Source of the DNA: Nostoc sp. DedSLP01
Lineage (GTDB): Bacteria > Cyanobacteriota > Cyanobacteriia > Cyanobacteriales > Nostocaceae
Length of the DNA: 21,343 bases
Assembly: GCA_034530875.2 (NCBI GenBank)
Contig: JAVRCJ020000072.1
Coordinates: 1-21,343 of the forward strand
Direction of reading: 5' to 3'
Below the pieces are notes generated by a model that saw only the letters and a list, made by a program, of their open reading frames with translations, did not search any database and was not told where the DNA came from. The position numbers and the translations under genes are program-made. Below, one piece after another: positions 8,599 through 16,649 of this stretch. Numbering within the stretch: position 1 is the stretch's first letter; each line of letters begins with the position of its first letter.

Positions 8599-10593
8599 TT
8601 AAAACATTCTCTTAGCTTTTACAGGAATCTCGATCGCAAACTTTGTACCTTGCCCCACTGTGGATTCACACCAAAGATTACCGCCATGCTTTTGAGTCAC
8701 AATTTGATAGCTGATAAATAAACCTAAGCCAGTGCCTTTGCCAACTGGCTTGGTAGTAAAAAAAGGATCGAATAGTTTAGAGCAAATCTCTTGGGGAATG
8801 CCTATTCCATTGTCAGAAATTACAATCGTTACTTGGTTTGTATCGAGTTGACGAGTCTGAATGTGGATAGTATTTAGATTGATTGACATCTCTTGAAACG
8901 ATCGTCCTTGATTAGATTCCTCTAATGCATCCACAGCATTGCTCAACAGATTCATAAACACTTGATTCAGGGAGCTAGCATCGCATTCAATCGGCGGTAA
9001 CTCACCATACTCTTTAATAACCTGAATTTGTGGGCGATCGCTTGTTGCTTGCAACCGATGTTGCAAAATCACCAAAGTACTATCAATTCCTTGATGAACG
9101 TCCACTTCTTTCCATTCTGATTCATCCAAGCGCGAGAAGTTCCGTAGCGATAAAACAATAGTACGGATGCGCTCGGTACCGCTTTTCATCGACTGAAGAA
9201 TCTTGGTGAGATCTTCTCGTAAAAAGTCCAGTTCGAGTTTTTCTAGTTCTGTGTGCAAGGCTTGGGGTGGATTTGGATAATGCTGTTGGTAAACTTGCAA
9301 TGCTGCAAGCAGATCTTGGGTATACTCAGAAACATAAATTAAGTTGCCATGAATGAAATTCACCGGGTTATTGATTTCATGGGCAACCCCTGCCACCATC
9401 TGTCCCAATGCAGACATTTTCTCACTCTGAAGCATTTGTAATTGAGTTTGTTTGAGCGTTTGTAGGGTTTGCTTGAGAGTTATATTCTTTTCATTTAATT
9501 CTTCAGTTCTCTCTTGCACTCGAACTTCCAAAGTTTCATTGGTTCTTGCTAATTCGGCAAAAGCTAAACGCAACTTATTTTGTGCTTGCGATCGTTCTGC
9601 AATTGTTGCTGTCAGCACAAGAATAGTGAGCGTAATCACGCCAATAAACGATTGCAATTGAATAAAAGATTGGTTCAGGTCTTCACTTGCAAAACCACCT
9701 TTGCCATTGACAGTTGCGATCGCCGCGATCGCAGCCACAATAAAAGTTAATACCGTTGCACCCGGTTGCCCAAAGCGAAAGGCACACCAGATCAACATCG
9801 GAATCAACATATACTCTAAGTGATATCCTTCACCAAAAGCAATTTTGCTGATGAAAATGACCAATCCCATCAGGATAACTGCCTCTACTACGATTAACCA
9901 AAATCTTAAACTGCGTAAGTTTGCTGCCAAGTATCGAATATAGGAGACATTTTCAGAATCCCCTGACGTTGAATTCAAAGATAACCATTGCCAGATTCCA
10001 TGTCGGTTTTTTTGAATAAATTGCCCCCAACTAAGCAAAATCGGAGTGACGATAACAATTCCCGAAACATTAGAAATCCACCACGTTAACCAAACTGTCC
10101 AATACGCTGTCCAAGGAACTTTACCACTCAATGCCAAGCAAGCCACTCCCACACTTGCATTGATATTCGGCCCCACCATACCCGTTAGGAACAAAAATTT
10201 GAACACGTCGCTGACACGTTCCAAAGGATAACGCACCTTGGTAGTTTTCCGGAGCAGAAAGCCACCCAACAAAGTCCCTAGAGTTGTTCCGATGGCAATT
10301 CCGAAAACTGGCAGCGTTGAAATCGCTAGGGAAAAGAAACTGGTTAGATCTCCAAATGCCCAAAAGTTAGCGAAAAATGAACCCAGAAAAACCCCGTACC
10401 CCATCCAGTTGCCAAACAACAGAACAGCACCAGCAGCAATTCCATCCGGGGGCCAAACTGGAGTCACATCTTGAGGTGTAGAGGCCAGATGACGCGAAAT
10501 TTCAGCCATTCCATAGTAAGCGATCGCCAAAAGAACGATGCCTCCGATTTGCCTTAGCACTTGAGGTAATATAGGCGATTTTTGTTCAATCAT
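8599..10593 (-). CDS. MASE1-domain membrane sensor histidine kinase
   Basis: MASE1 motifs (TPVWPPDGIA, WLTWWISN, WCAFRFG), a coiled coil, H-box VAHEINNP, N-box NQVFMNLLSNA, and DNGIG / FDPFFTTK / GTGLGL boxes. Confidence 0.93.
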   Translation of the reverse strand: MIEQKSPILPQVLRQIGGIVLLAIAYYGMAEISRHLASTPQDVTPVWPPDGIAAGAVLLFGNWMGYGVFLGSFFANFWAFGDLTSFFSLAISTLPVFGIAIGTTLGTLLGGFLLRKTTKVRYPLERVSDVFKFLFLTGMVGPNINASVGVACLALSGKVPWTAYWTVWLTWWISNVSGIVIVTPILLSWGQFIQKNRHGIWQWLSLNSTSGDSENVSYIRYLAANLRSLRFWLIVVEAVILMGLVIFISKIAFGEGYHLEYMLIPMLIWCAFRFGQPGATVLTFIVAAIAAIATVNGKGGFASEDLNQSFIQLQSFIGVITLTILVLTATIAERSQAQNKLRLAFAELARTNETLEVRVQERTEELNEKNITLKQTLQTLKQTQLQMLQSEKMSALGQMVAGVAHEINNPVNFIHGNLIYVSEYTQDLLAALQVYQQHYPNPPQALHTELEKLELDFLREDLTKILQSMKSGTERIRTIVLSLRNFSRLDESEWKEVDVHQGIDSTLVILQHRLQATSDRPQIQVIKEYGELPPIECDASSLNQVFMNLLSNAVDALEESNQGRSFQEMSINLNTIHIQTRQLDTNQVTIVISDNGIGIPQEICSKLFDPFFTTKPVGKGTGLGLFISYQIVTQKHGGNLWCESTVGQGTKFAIEIPVKAKRMF

Positions 10594-10898
10594 CTGGTTA
10601 GTGGCTGCTTGATTTTAAAGTTACTTTCTAAACATAGAATGCCCTTTTTTCTGAAATCCAAAACATATAATTATCAGTCTTGATGTAGAATTTAAGTTTT
10701 TCTAATACAAATTCAAAAATAAGAAAACCATATAAATTTAGGGTTTGAAGATTTACATCTGTTGCTTAGTTGTTGGAAATTTTACATATAATTTTCAACT
10801 ATTTTTTCTAGAAAAATAAACTAAAAATAATTATATATAAATCAAAAATTAATCATTTTTGGGAGACTTTTGTTATTTGTAATTGAGAAGATTTAATC

Positions 10899-11120
10899 GA
10901 ACTTCCAAACAATAAATGTCTGCTTCTCAGGTAGCCGAGACAGCTCAACCCATAAGTAGTAGTCATTTTTATTAAGTCCAGTTAATCACTGATGATTAAT
11001 GCATTGCAAAAACGCCAAAAGCCTATTTTCCCCTGCTCCCTGCCCCCTATTGCCTGCTCCCTACCCACTGCGTTCTAAATGATAAGTCTTGAACCAGACA
11101 CGATATTATTTCTTGGAGTT
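10899..11120. repeat. Degenerate, possibly nested MITE-like repeats with internal heptamer repeats
   Basis: gaacttccaaacaataaatgtc at about 10900 resembles the end of the 16491 element. An inner imperfect inverted repeat spans about 10970-10996 / 11079-11105 and encloses ccctgct/ccctgcc heptamers. Confidence 0.4.
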
Positions 11121-11336
11121 ATTTAAGTCCGAGTATAAATAACATCCCTCATAAGATAGATAATTTATCCTAAGAAAGCCGCAAATTTAACAGGATTTTT
11201 ATTACTACGATAATTTTTGTCAATATCAAAAGCTCTAGTATAAAACAGCAAGTAAGGCTAAAATAGGATGTTAATTGCCTGGTAGAGCAATTACTGCTTC
11301 ATTAACTTAAAATTTGGCAATTGGCAATTATTAGGC

Positions 11337-11370
11337 CAGGTAAACCGAACAAACTTTTCGGTTTAGCCTG
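11337..11370 (+). promoter_or_regulatory. Stem-loop in the leader of the exported-protein cluster
   Basis: CAGG-TAAACCGAA / TTCGGTTTA-G-CCTG inverted repeat ending about 38 nt before ATG 11408. Confidence 0.45.
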
Positions 11371-11407
11371 TCAATTCAAGTTGGCAACTATTGGGTATCA
11401 ACAAATA

Positions 11408-11635
11408 ATGTTTAAACGTCGCACAATACTAGCTGGTCTAGCTGCGCTTAGTTTCACTTTGGCCATTGGTACAAAAGTCTATGGACAAACGGCTACCGGG
11501 CCAGATGCTTGGGAGACTGTCTATAACGAAGCAGTTGCCGGGGCAACAAACATAATTTCAGTTCCGCTGTTGGGTTCCTTATTATCAAATATCCTGCAAA
11601 TAGTCTTCAACTTCGCAGGTTTTTGGGGCGGTTGA
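11408..11635 (+). CDS. Small exported protein with twin-arginine-like signal peptide
   Basis: 75 aa from ATG 11408. The signal MFKRRTILAGLAALSFTLAIGTKVYG is followed by a mature region of about 49 aa with an amphipathic/hydrophobic C-terminal helix. Confidence 0.65.
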   Translation: MFKRRTILAGLAALSFTLAIGTKVYGQTATGPDAWETVYNEAVAGATNIISVPLLGSLLSNILQIVFNFAGFWGG

Positions 11636-11790
11636 CCCTGTGTTTCATACTCAAACAGAGAAACAGTTCAAGTAGAGACTTCTGCCATCTGATTTTTGGT
11701 AATTGCTGCGATCGCCTGACCATATCATTTATCGGTCAACGCATATTATCCCATAGCCCAATATTCGATAACCCGTGAGGAGTTTTTTCT

Positions 11791-13059
11791 ATGTTCAAAC
11801 CTCGCGCAATTTTTAGCGCCTTAGCTGCGATTGTCATTGCTACACAGATATATATACAACCCGCCGTCGCTGCTGGAGGGACATGTAACCCAACTTCGCT
11901 TAACCTACCTGTATGTCCAAGTACGGCATCATCAGACACAGCTACTTTCATTGACCCAACTGCCACAATTACCAATCCAACCAATATTACTTTGGGCGAA
12001 AAAGTCTACGTCGCACCATTTGCCACGTTAGACGCTACTAGTGCCTCCATTAGCATCGCTGCAGATTCTAACGTCCAAGACCAAGTAAGCATTACAGCTT
12101 CGGGAAGTGGAGTACAGATTGGAGAGCGAGTAATTATGGCACACTTGGCCACCATCAAAGGTGCAGCCAAAATCGGTACTCAAGGTTCAACTGGGCCTTT
12201 TACTAACTCAAACACCAATACTGTGTTCAACAACGACATTCCAGAGACATTTTTGGCCTTCAATTGTGAAATTGACGGTGCAACTGTAGAAAGAAACACA
12301 GTAGTCAACTTCTTGGCGCGGGTTGGACCTGGTGTGACCTTACCTGCTGGTAAAGTTGTCCTGCCAGGTAAAAACGTCACAACTAACTCACAAGCTAGTA
12401 ACGGCAGCTTAGGGAAGGTGACAAACTTGACAGAAGCGGACGTTGCATTGATGGAAGGTATCATCGAAGTCAACGAAGCATTTGCCAAAGGTTACACAGA
12501 GTTAGCCAGAGCAGACTTGACAAAGGTAAAAGGGATAAATCAAGCTCCCGTCACAGCTTTTAACAGCGGAGGAGTACCTAAATTAGCTGGGGTTGAAACC
12601 CGCAATCCAAACTTCCGTAACCGGATCATCGGCAATGTAGTTCTGGAAGATTCTTTCACAAGCCTCAACTACAAAATAGGTAATAGAATTTCCCTGCGTG
12701 CTGATGAAGGTGAACCTTTTAACGTCGGGCAAATTTTTGGTATGGCTAACGATGTTGTGTTTCACGCTTTAGAAACAACTAGCTTGACTGTTGGCGATTA
12801 TATTGGTTACGGGCCTCGCGCTCTGGTTCATGGTGGTAGACAGGTTGTCAATGGTGTTGCTGACGGCCCGGAAACCAGCTTAGGTGATTATATAGGTCTA
12901 GGGCCGGACTCCGTTATATTCCGCTCAGTTATTGGCAGCAAATCAGCAATTGGTAAAAAAAGCGCAGTCTTCAACTCTACATTACCTTCCAGAACGTATG
13001 TCCGTTCTAAAGTCATCTATGCTGACAACGGCAACCTAATTTCATCTGTGGAATGGTAA
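11791..13059 (+). CDS. Secreted tandem gamma-class carbonic anhydrase-like protein (two left-handed beta-helix domains)
   Basis: GAGGAG RBS and a signal peptide ending AVA. Hexapeptide repeats. Cam/CcmM-type motifs: FIDPTA, SNVQD, MAH and EVNEAFAKGY in domain 1; LRADEGEPF, FHALE and LVHG in domain 2. Confidence 0.85.
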   Translation: MFKPRAIFSALAAIVIATQIYIQPAVAAGGTCNPTSLNLPVCPSTASSDTATFIDPTATITNPTNITLGEKVYVAPFATLDATSASISIAADSNVQDQVSITASGSGVQIGERVIMAHLATIKGAAKIGTQGSTGPFTNSNTNTVFNNDIPETFLAFNCEIDGATVERNTVVNFLARVGPGVTLPAGKVVLPGKNVTTNSQASNGSLGKVTNLTEADVALMEGIIEVNEAFAKGYTELARADLTKVKGINQAPVTAFNSGGVPKLAGVETRNPNFRNRIIGNVVLEDSFTSLNYKIGNRISLRADEGEPFNVGQIFGMANDVVFHALETTSLTVGDYIGYGPRALVHGGRQVVNGVADGPETSLGDYIGLGPDSVIFRSVIGSKSAIGKKSAVFNSTLPSRTYVRSKVIYADNGNLISSVEW

Positions 13060-13092
13060 TAGCAATTTGCTGTGAGGTTGCATATTATCTTA

Positions 13093-13145
13093 ACCCCTCC
13101 CAACCTCCCCGCAAGTTCGGGGAGGTGTAGCAGCCGGTGGGGTTA
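13093..13145. repeat. GC-rich palindromic dispersed repeat
   Basis: ACCTCCCCG..CGGGGAGGT hairpin inside CCCC...GGGG ends, the same architecture as the core of the 3356 element. It is preceded by tagcaatttgctgtgaggttgca, which resembles that element's left end. Confidence 0.6.
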
Positions 13146-13169
13146 TTTCTATTGAACTTTTACAAAGTT

Positions 13170-13721
13170 ATGAATTTGAAAATATTGTCGCTAGTGCAAT
13201 TACAATGCCTACGCTTATTTATGCTGTTCACTTTGATATTGGGGCTAATATTGAGTTTTGATGGCAGTTCATCTATAGCTGCACAAAAGGATGGTCAACT
13301 TGGTATGAATCCTGTAAATACTGGCATTACCTCTAATCAGCCTCAAGTGGTACAACCTCCTGTCACCGGACTTGTTTCTACATTGTCTGATGAAGTTCAA
13401 GAATTACCAGATGAGTTAATTCGCTGGTCAACCTACTGGCAGCTTTGTTGGGAACCATATCCTGAAGCGAGAGAATATGAGCTGCAAAAGGTGCTTTCAG
13501 AAGGCAAATCACCAAAGTTGCAACGTCAAAGCGATCGCTGCTTTCGCATACAAGCTGCATCCAATGAAAATCAAAAATCACAAGGATTGCTCAACCGTGA
13601 ATTAATCTTGTTGATGCATAAGATTCAGCTTGGCTACCGAGTGCGAGCTATCTTAGATGGAAACCGCGTCAGTGAATGGTCTCCAGTAATGGCAGTAGGT
13701 GCAACTACTGCGCTTGAATAA
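13170..13721 (+). CDS. Hypothetical exported protein, possibly fibronectin type III-like beta-sandwich
   Basis: Hydrophobic signal-like segment LFTLILGLILSF..SIAA. The pattern LCWEPYPEAREYEL ... YRVRAILDGNRVSEWS resembles the FN3 W/Y/YxVxA/SxWS signature. The start is uncertain (13137, 13170 or 13221). Confidence 0.7.
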   Translation: MNLKILSLVQLQCLRLFMLFTLILGLILSFDGSSSIAAQKDGQLGMNPVNTGITSNQPQVVQPPVTGLVSTLSDEVQELPDELIRWSTYWQLCWEPYPEAREYELQKVLSEGKSPKLQRQSDRCFRIQAASNENQKSQGLLNRELILLMHKIQLGYRVRAILDGNRVSEWSPVMAVGATTALE

Positions 13722-13728
13722 AAAAGCA

Positions 13729-13762
13729 GGAAAGGGAAAAGGAAGGATCTTCCCTTTCCCCC
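13729..13762 (+). terminator. Hairpin after the three-gene exported-protein cluster
   Basis: GGAAAGGGAA / TTCCCTTTCC inverted repeat starting 8 nt after the stop at 13721. The U-tract is weak. Confidence 0.5.
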
Positions 13763-14144
13763 TGCCTCTTATCCTCGCAATGTCAACAAGCCTCTTCGAT
13801 CTAAATTTGAAGGTTTGAATCTGTTACTAAATTTTAGATAATTGGTATAAAAACAATGCACTAATTATCTATGTATTTATTTCTAAGCTCCTATAAAAAA
13901 GCGACTTAAAATCTAAAGTTAAAACATTACGTAATAGCTAAGTTATATGTATTAAATAAAACTTAAGTTGTATGCCAAAAGGTTGAATGTTATTTATCAA
14001 TATTTATACCCACAGAATAATGAATATCAATAATTAATTTAGCAGACTTACTTATAGACATTAATGGTTTTGAATACCAATCAAGTAAGGGGTTTTACTG
14101 TTCAAACAGTTAAACAACTTTCACTAATTTCAAGGAGTTATATT

Positions 14145-14453
14145 ATGTCAGACACTAGCAACCGTGGCTTTGCCTCTATGGATGAGGACAAGCAACGCGA
14201 GATTGCCAGCAAAGGTGGACAAGCTGCTCATGAGAAAGGTACAGCTCATGAGTTTACCTCCGAAGAAGCTCGTGAAGCCGGACAAAAAGGTGGACAAGTT
14301 GCTCATGAAAAAGGTACTGCCCATGAGTTTACTTCCGAAGAAGCTCGTGAAGCCGGACAAAAAGGTGGACAAGCTGCCCACGAAAAAGGCACTGCCCATG
14401 AGTTTACCTCCGAAGAAGCTCGTGAAGCTGGACGTAAGGGCGGGAGTTCGTAA
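14145..14453 (+). CDS. KGG-repeat general stress protein (GsiB/YciG/Con-10-like hydrophilin)
   Basis: AGGAG RBS at 14133-14137 before ATG 14145. RGFASMDEDKQREIASKGG motif plus repeated HEFTSEEAREAG[QR]KGG. Confidence 0.93.
   Translation: MSDTSNRGFASMDEDKQREIASKGGQAAHEKGTAHEFTSEEAREAGQKGGQVAHEKGTAHEFTSEEAREAGQKGGQAAHEKGTAHEFTSEEAREAGRKGGSS
14211..14435 (+). repeat. Three tandem 75-bp coding repeats
   Basis: The 25-aa unit KGGQAAHEKGTAHEFTSEEAREAGQ occurs three times. Differences between copies are almost all synonymous. Confidence 0.95.
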
Positions 14454-14500
14454 TACTTAAGTAACGAACTAATCTAATAGTTTTTGAACTAATTAACTGG

Positions 14501-14540
14501 CAAGTCTCGTGTTGTATTTTACAGCACGAGGCTTGAATTT
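14501..14540 (+). terminator. Stem-loop downstream of the KGG gene
   Basis: CAAGTCTCGTGTTGTA-TTT-TACAGCACGAGGCTTG, a 16-bp stem with two G-U pairs on the + strand. Confidence 0.7.
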
Positions 14541-15112
14541 ACATGAAATTTGTCTCCATACTCAAGCTATAAAATACTGAACGACTGATGGGCTATTTCT
14601 ACAACAAGGCGATGCAGCATCTACACTTGCGTATCTTATTTTTCAATAGAAGGCGGAATGTTTCAAGAGAGAGCAATTTAAACAGTTGAGTTTGATATAA
14701 TTCTCAATCAAACTGTTGGAATAGTCACTTTGTCTCATCAATTAAGCGCGTGAAACTGAACAGTCTTTGATTGGAAAAATAATGTCAAGATTGCAACAAT
14801 TAGGGAGTAAACTACTACTGTTTGATTCGGTAATACCCTCTAATTAATCGCTACAAATTATCGAATCTGATTTTAAAATAAAGTTATAGCAATCCTAGAT
14901 AGCAAAAGATAGTTTGTAAAGATTGCTGTTTTAAGTAAGGGGACATAATTAAATGTAAAATCCAAACCAGAAAAACCTTTTACTGTTGAGGGTTTTACCT
15001 CCTGCCTCCTGCCTTCTACTTAACAAACACCACAGAACTCGAAGAACGTCAAAAGCAGAGAAATCAGAAAAGTAATTGCAGATATTAGCTAGAGAGATAA
15101 CGGAGAGCGATT

Positions 15113-16180
15113 TTGCTGAATACAATCAAAGAGCCTGTATCAGGAAACCCATCAACAAAAGCAACAAGGTTGTGGATGCCCGAACAGGTAATGTTTACTC
15201 CTGCTGCTTTAAATGAGCCTTGGGGACAAAAGATTTTTGAGCGCGTGCAGTCACTTAACTTACCAATAAAAGAGTTACCACATAACCGTTTGACTGGGTT
15301 GCGTGGTGAAAGCGATCGCCAAACTTATGATATCGCCAAGCGTACTATGGCAGTTGTCACTGCACCGCCTAGCCACTTCAAACTCAGTCCAATTCCACCA
15401 TCGGCTGACTGGCAATTTCATATTGCTGAGGGTTGTCCAGCACATTGCCAGTACTGTTATTTGGCTGGGAGCTTATCAGGCCCTCCAGTGATTCGCACTT
15501 TTGCTAACTTATTGCCAATCTTAGAGAACTTAAGCACCTACGAAAAACCAGAACAATTAACAACTTATGAGGTTAGCTGCTATACCGACCCACTCGGAAT
15601 TGAGCATTTAACAGGTAGCCTTGCTGAGTGTATCCGTTATTTTGGGACTCGTAGCAATGCACATTTACGTTGGGTATCAAAGTTTGACGCGGTGGATAGC
15701 TTGCTTGATTTACCTCACAATGGTCATACCCACTGTCGTATGAGCGTCAATGCTGTACCTATTTCGGGAAGGTTTGAAGGCGGTACTGCATCTGTAAGAT
15801 CGCGACTTGAGGCGTTGCGTCGTTTGGCTGATAGTAAATATCGAATAGGATTGGTAATTGCACCCATTATTCTTATAGATAATTGGCAAATACACTATAG
15901 CGAATTGTTCGACTTAATTAGCGAAGTTCTTGATGTCAACTGTAATCTGACTTTTGAGTTAATTTCACACCGCTTTACACCAAACTCAAAAGAGATTTTA
16001 CAGACTTGGTATCCACATTCCAAACTAGAGATGGATGAAGAAAAACGCATTATTAAGCGCAATAAGTTTGGTGCGATTAAGTATGTTTATGATGCTGAGA
16101 CAATGAACATCATGAAGCGCTTTTTTCAAGGTGAGATTCAACAGCGTTTTCCAAATGCCAAGATTTTATATTGGACTTAG
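15113..16180 (+). CDS. splB: Spore photoproduct lyase family radical SAM protein
   Basis: CxxxCxxC motif GCPAHCQYCYL. YEVSCYTDPLGIEHLT aligns with the SplB H-donor Cys region. ELISHRFT and KFG..KYVY motifs present. TTG start with GGAG upstream; ATG at 15176 is an alternative. Confidence 0.88.
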   Translation: MLNTIKEPVSGNPSTKATRLWMPEQVMFTPAALNEPWGQKIFERVQSLNLPIKELPHNRLTGLRGESDRQTYDIAKRTMAVVTAPPSHFKLSPIPPSADWQFHIAEGCPAHCQYCYLAGSLSGPPVIRTFANLLPILENLSTYEKPEQLTTYEVSCYTDPLGIEHLTGSLAECIRYFGTRSNAHLRWVSKFDAVDSLLDLPHNGHTHCRMSVNAVPISGRFEGGTASVRSRLEALRRLADSKYRIGLVIAPIILIDNWQIHYSELFDLISEVLDVNCNLTFELISHRFTPNSKEILQTWYPHSKLEMDEEKRIIKRNKFGAIKYVYDAETMNIMKRFFQGEIQQRFPNAKILYWT

Positions 16181-16192
16181 TTAGTATAGCAA

Positions 16193-16284
16193 GAGGCAGA
16201 AGGCAGGAGGCAGTCCCGATGAAACAAGTTTCATCACCAAGTATGAAAGTGGCTTTCCCCTACTCCCTACTCCCTACTCCCCAC
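16193..16284. repeat. Heptamer short tandem repeats (AGGCAG[AG] and CTACTCC types)
   Basis: gaggcagaaggcaggaggcag at about 16193-16213 and ccctact repeated about three times at about 16258-16284. Confidence 0.75.
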
Positions 16285-16490
16285 TTACACGCCATTTATT
16301 GTAATATCTGCTGACTCAAAAATACTTTGGACATAATCTTTGAATAAAGTACTAAACACAGCGATTCTCCTTAATTTTTTACTGCTGGTAGGTACTTTCT
16401 TCAGCTTACCTGCTTTGTATATGAATTACACACCTAGGGGTCAGCAGTACAGACAAGGTTTAACCCTTCTCTGTACAAAAGTTAGCCGTT

Positions 16491-16608
16491 AGGGACTTCC
16501 AGAAATTAAATTATCCACTTTTCAGAGTGAAGGCGACGCTCCTAATTCTTCCTCCTCTGCTTCCTCTGCTTACACAACGATAGGATATTTTTTTATTTGG
16601 AAATCCCT
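16491..16608. mobile_element. MITE-like element with 26-bp imperfect terminal inverted repeats
   Basis: AGGGACTTCCAGAAATTAAATTATCC versus the reverse-complemented right end AGGGATTTCCAAATAAAAAAATATCC gives 20/26 identity. TA dinucleotides lie at the boundaries and cctctgctt repeats lie inside. Confidence 0.7.
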
Positions 16609-16649
16609 TATTATTCTCCCACTCGCTTTTTCAAGTTAGTTTTGGATTG

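Noticed and set aside
11791..13059. Assignment as carboxysomal CcmM
   Set aside because: There are no RbcS-like C-terminal repeats, a signal peptide is present, and no ccm genes are nearby.
14211..14435. Regularly spaced direct repeats resembling a CRISPR array
   Set aside because: The 75-bp units are contiguous with no unique spacers, are in frame, and vary synonymously. They are KGG coding repeats. No cas genes are present in the window.
14148..14460. Alternative-frame and antisense ORFs over the KGG gene
   Set aside because: These are shadows of the repetitive coding sequence. Only the KGG frame has an RBS and a known motif.
14540..15112. Possible pseudogene or sRNA between the KGG gene and splB
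   Set aside because: No ORF of 60 aa or more and no recognisable motif. Only weak AT-rich inverted repeats and repeat remnants are present.
15002..16213. 16-bp inverted repeat (CTGCCTCCTGCCTTCT / AGAAGGCAGGAGGCAG) bracketing splB like transposon ends
   Set aside because: It is built from a common heptamer STRR unit. No transposase or target duplication is seen, so it is most likely coincidental.
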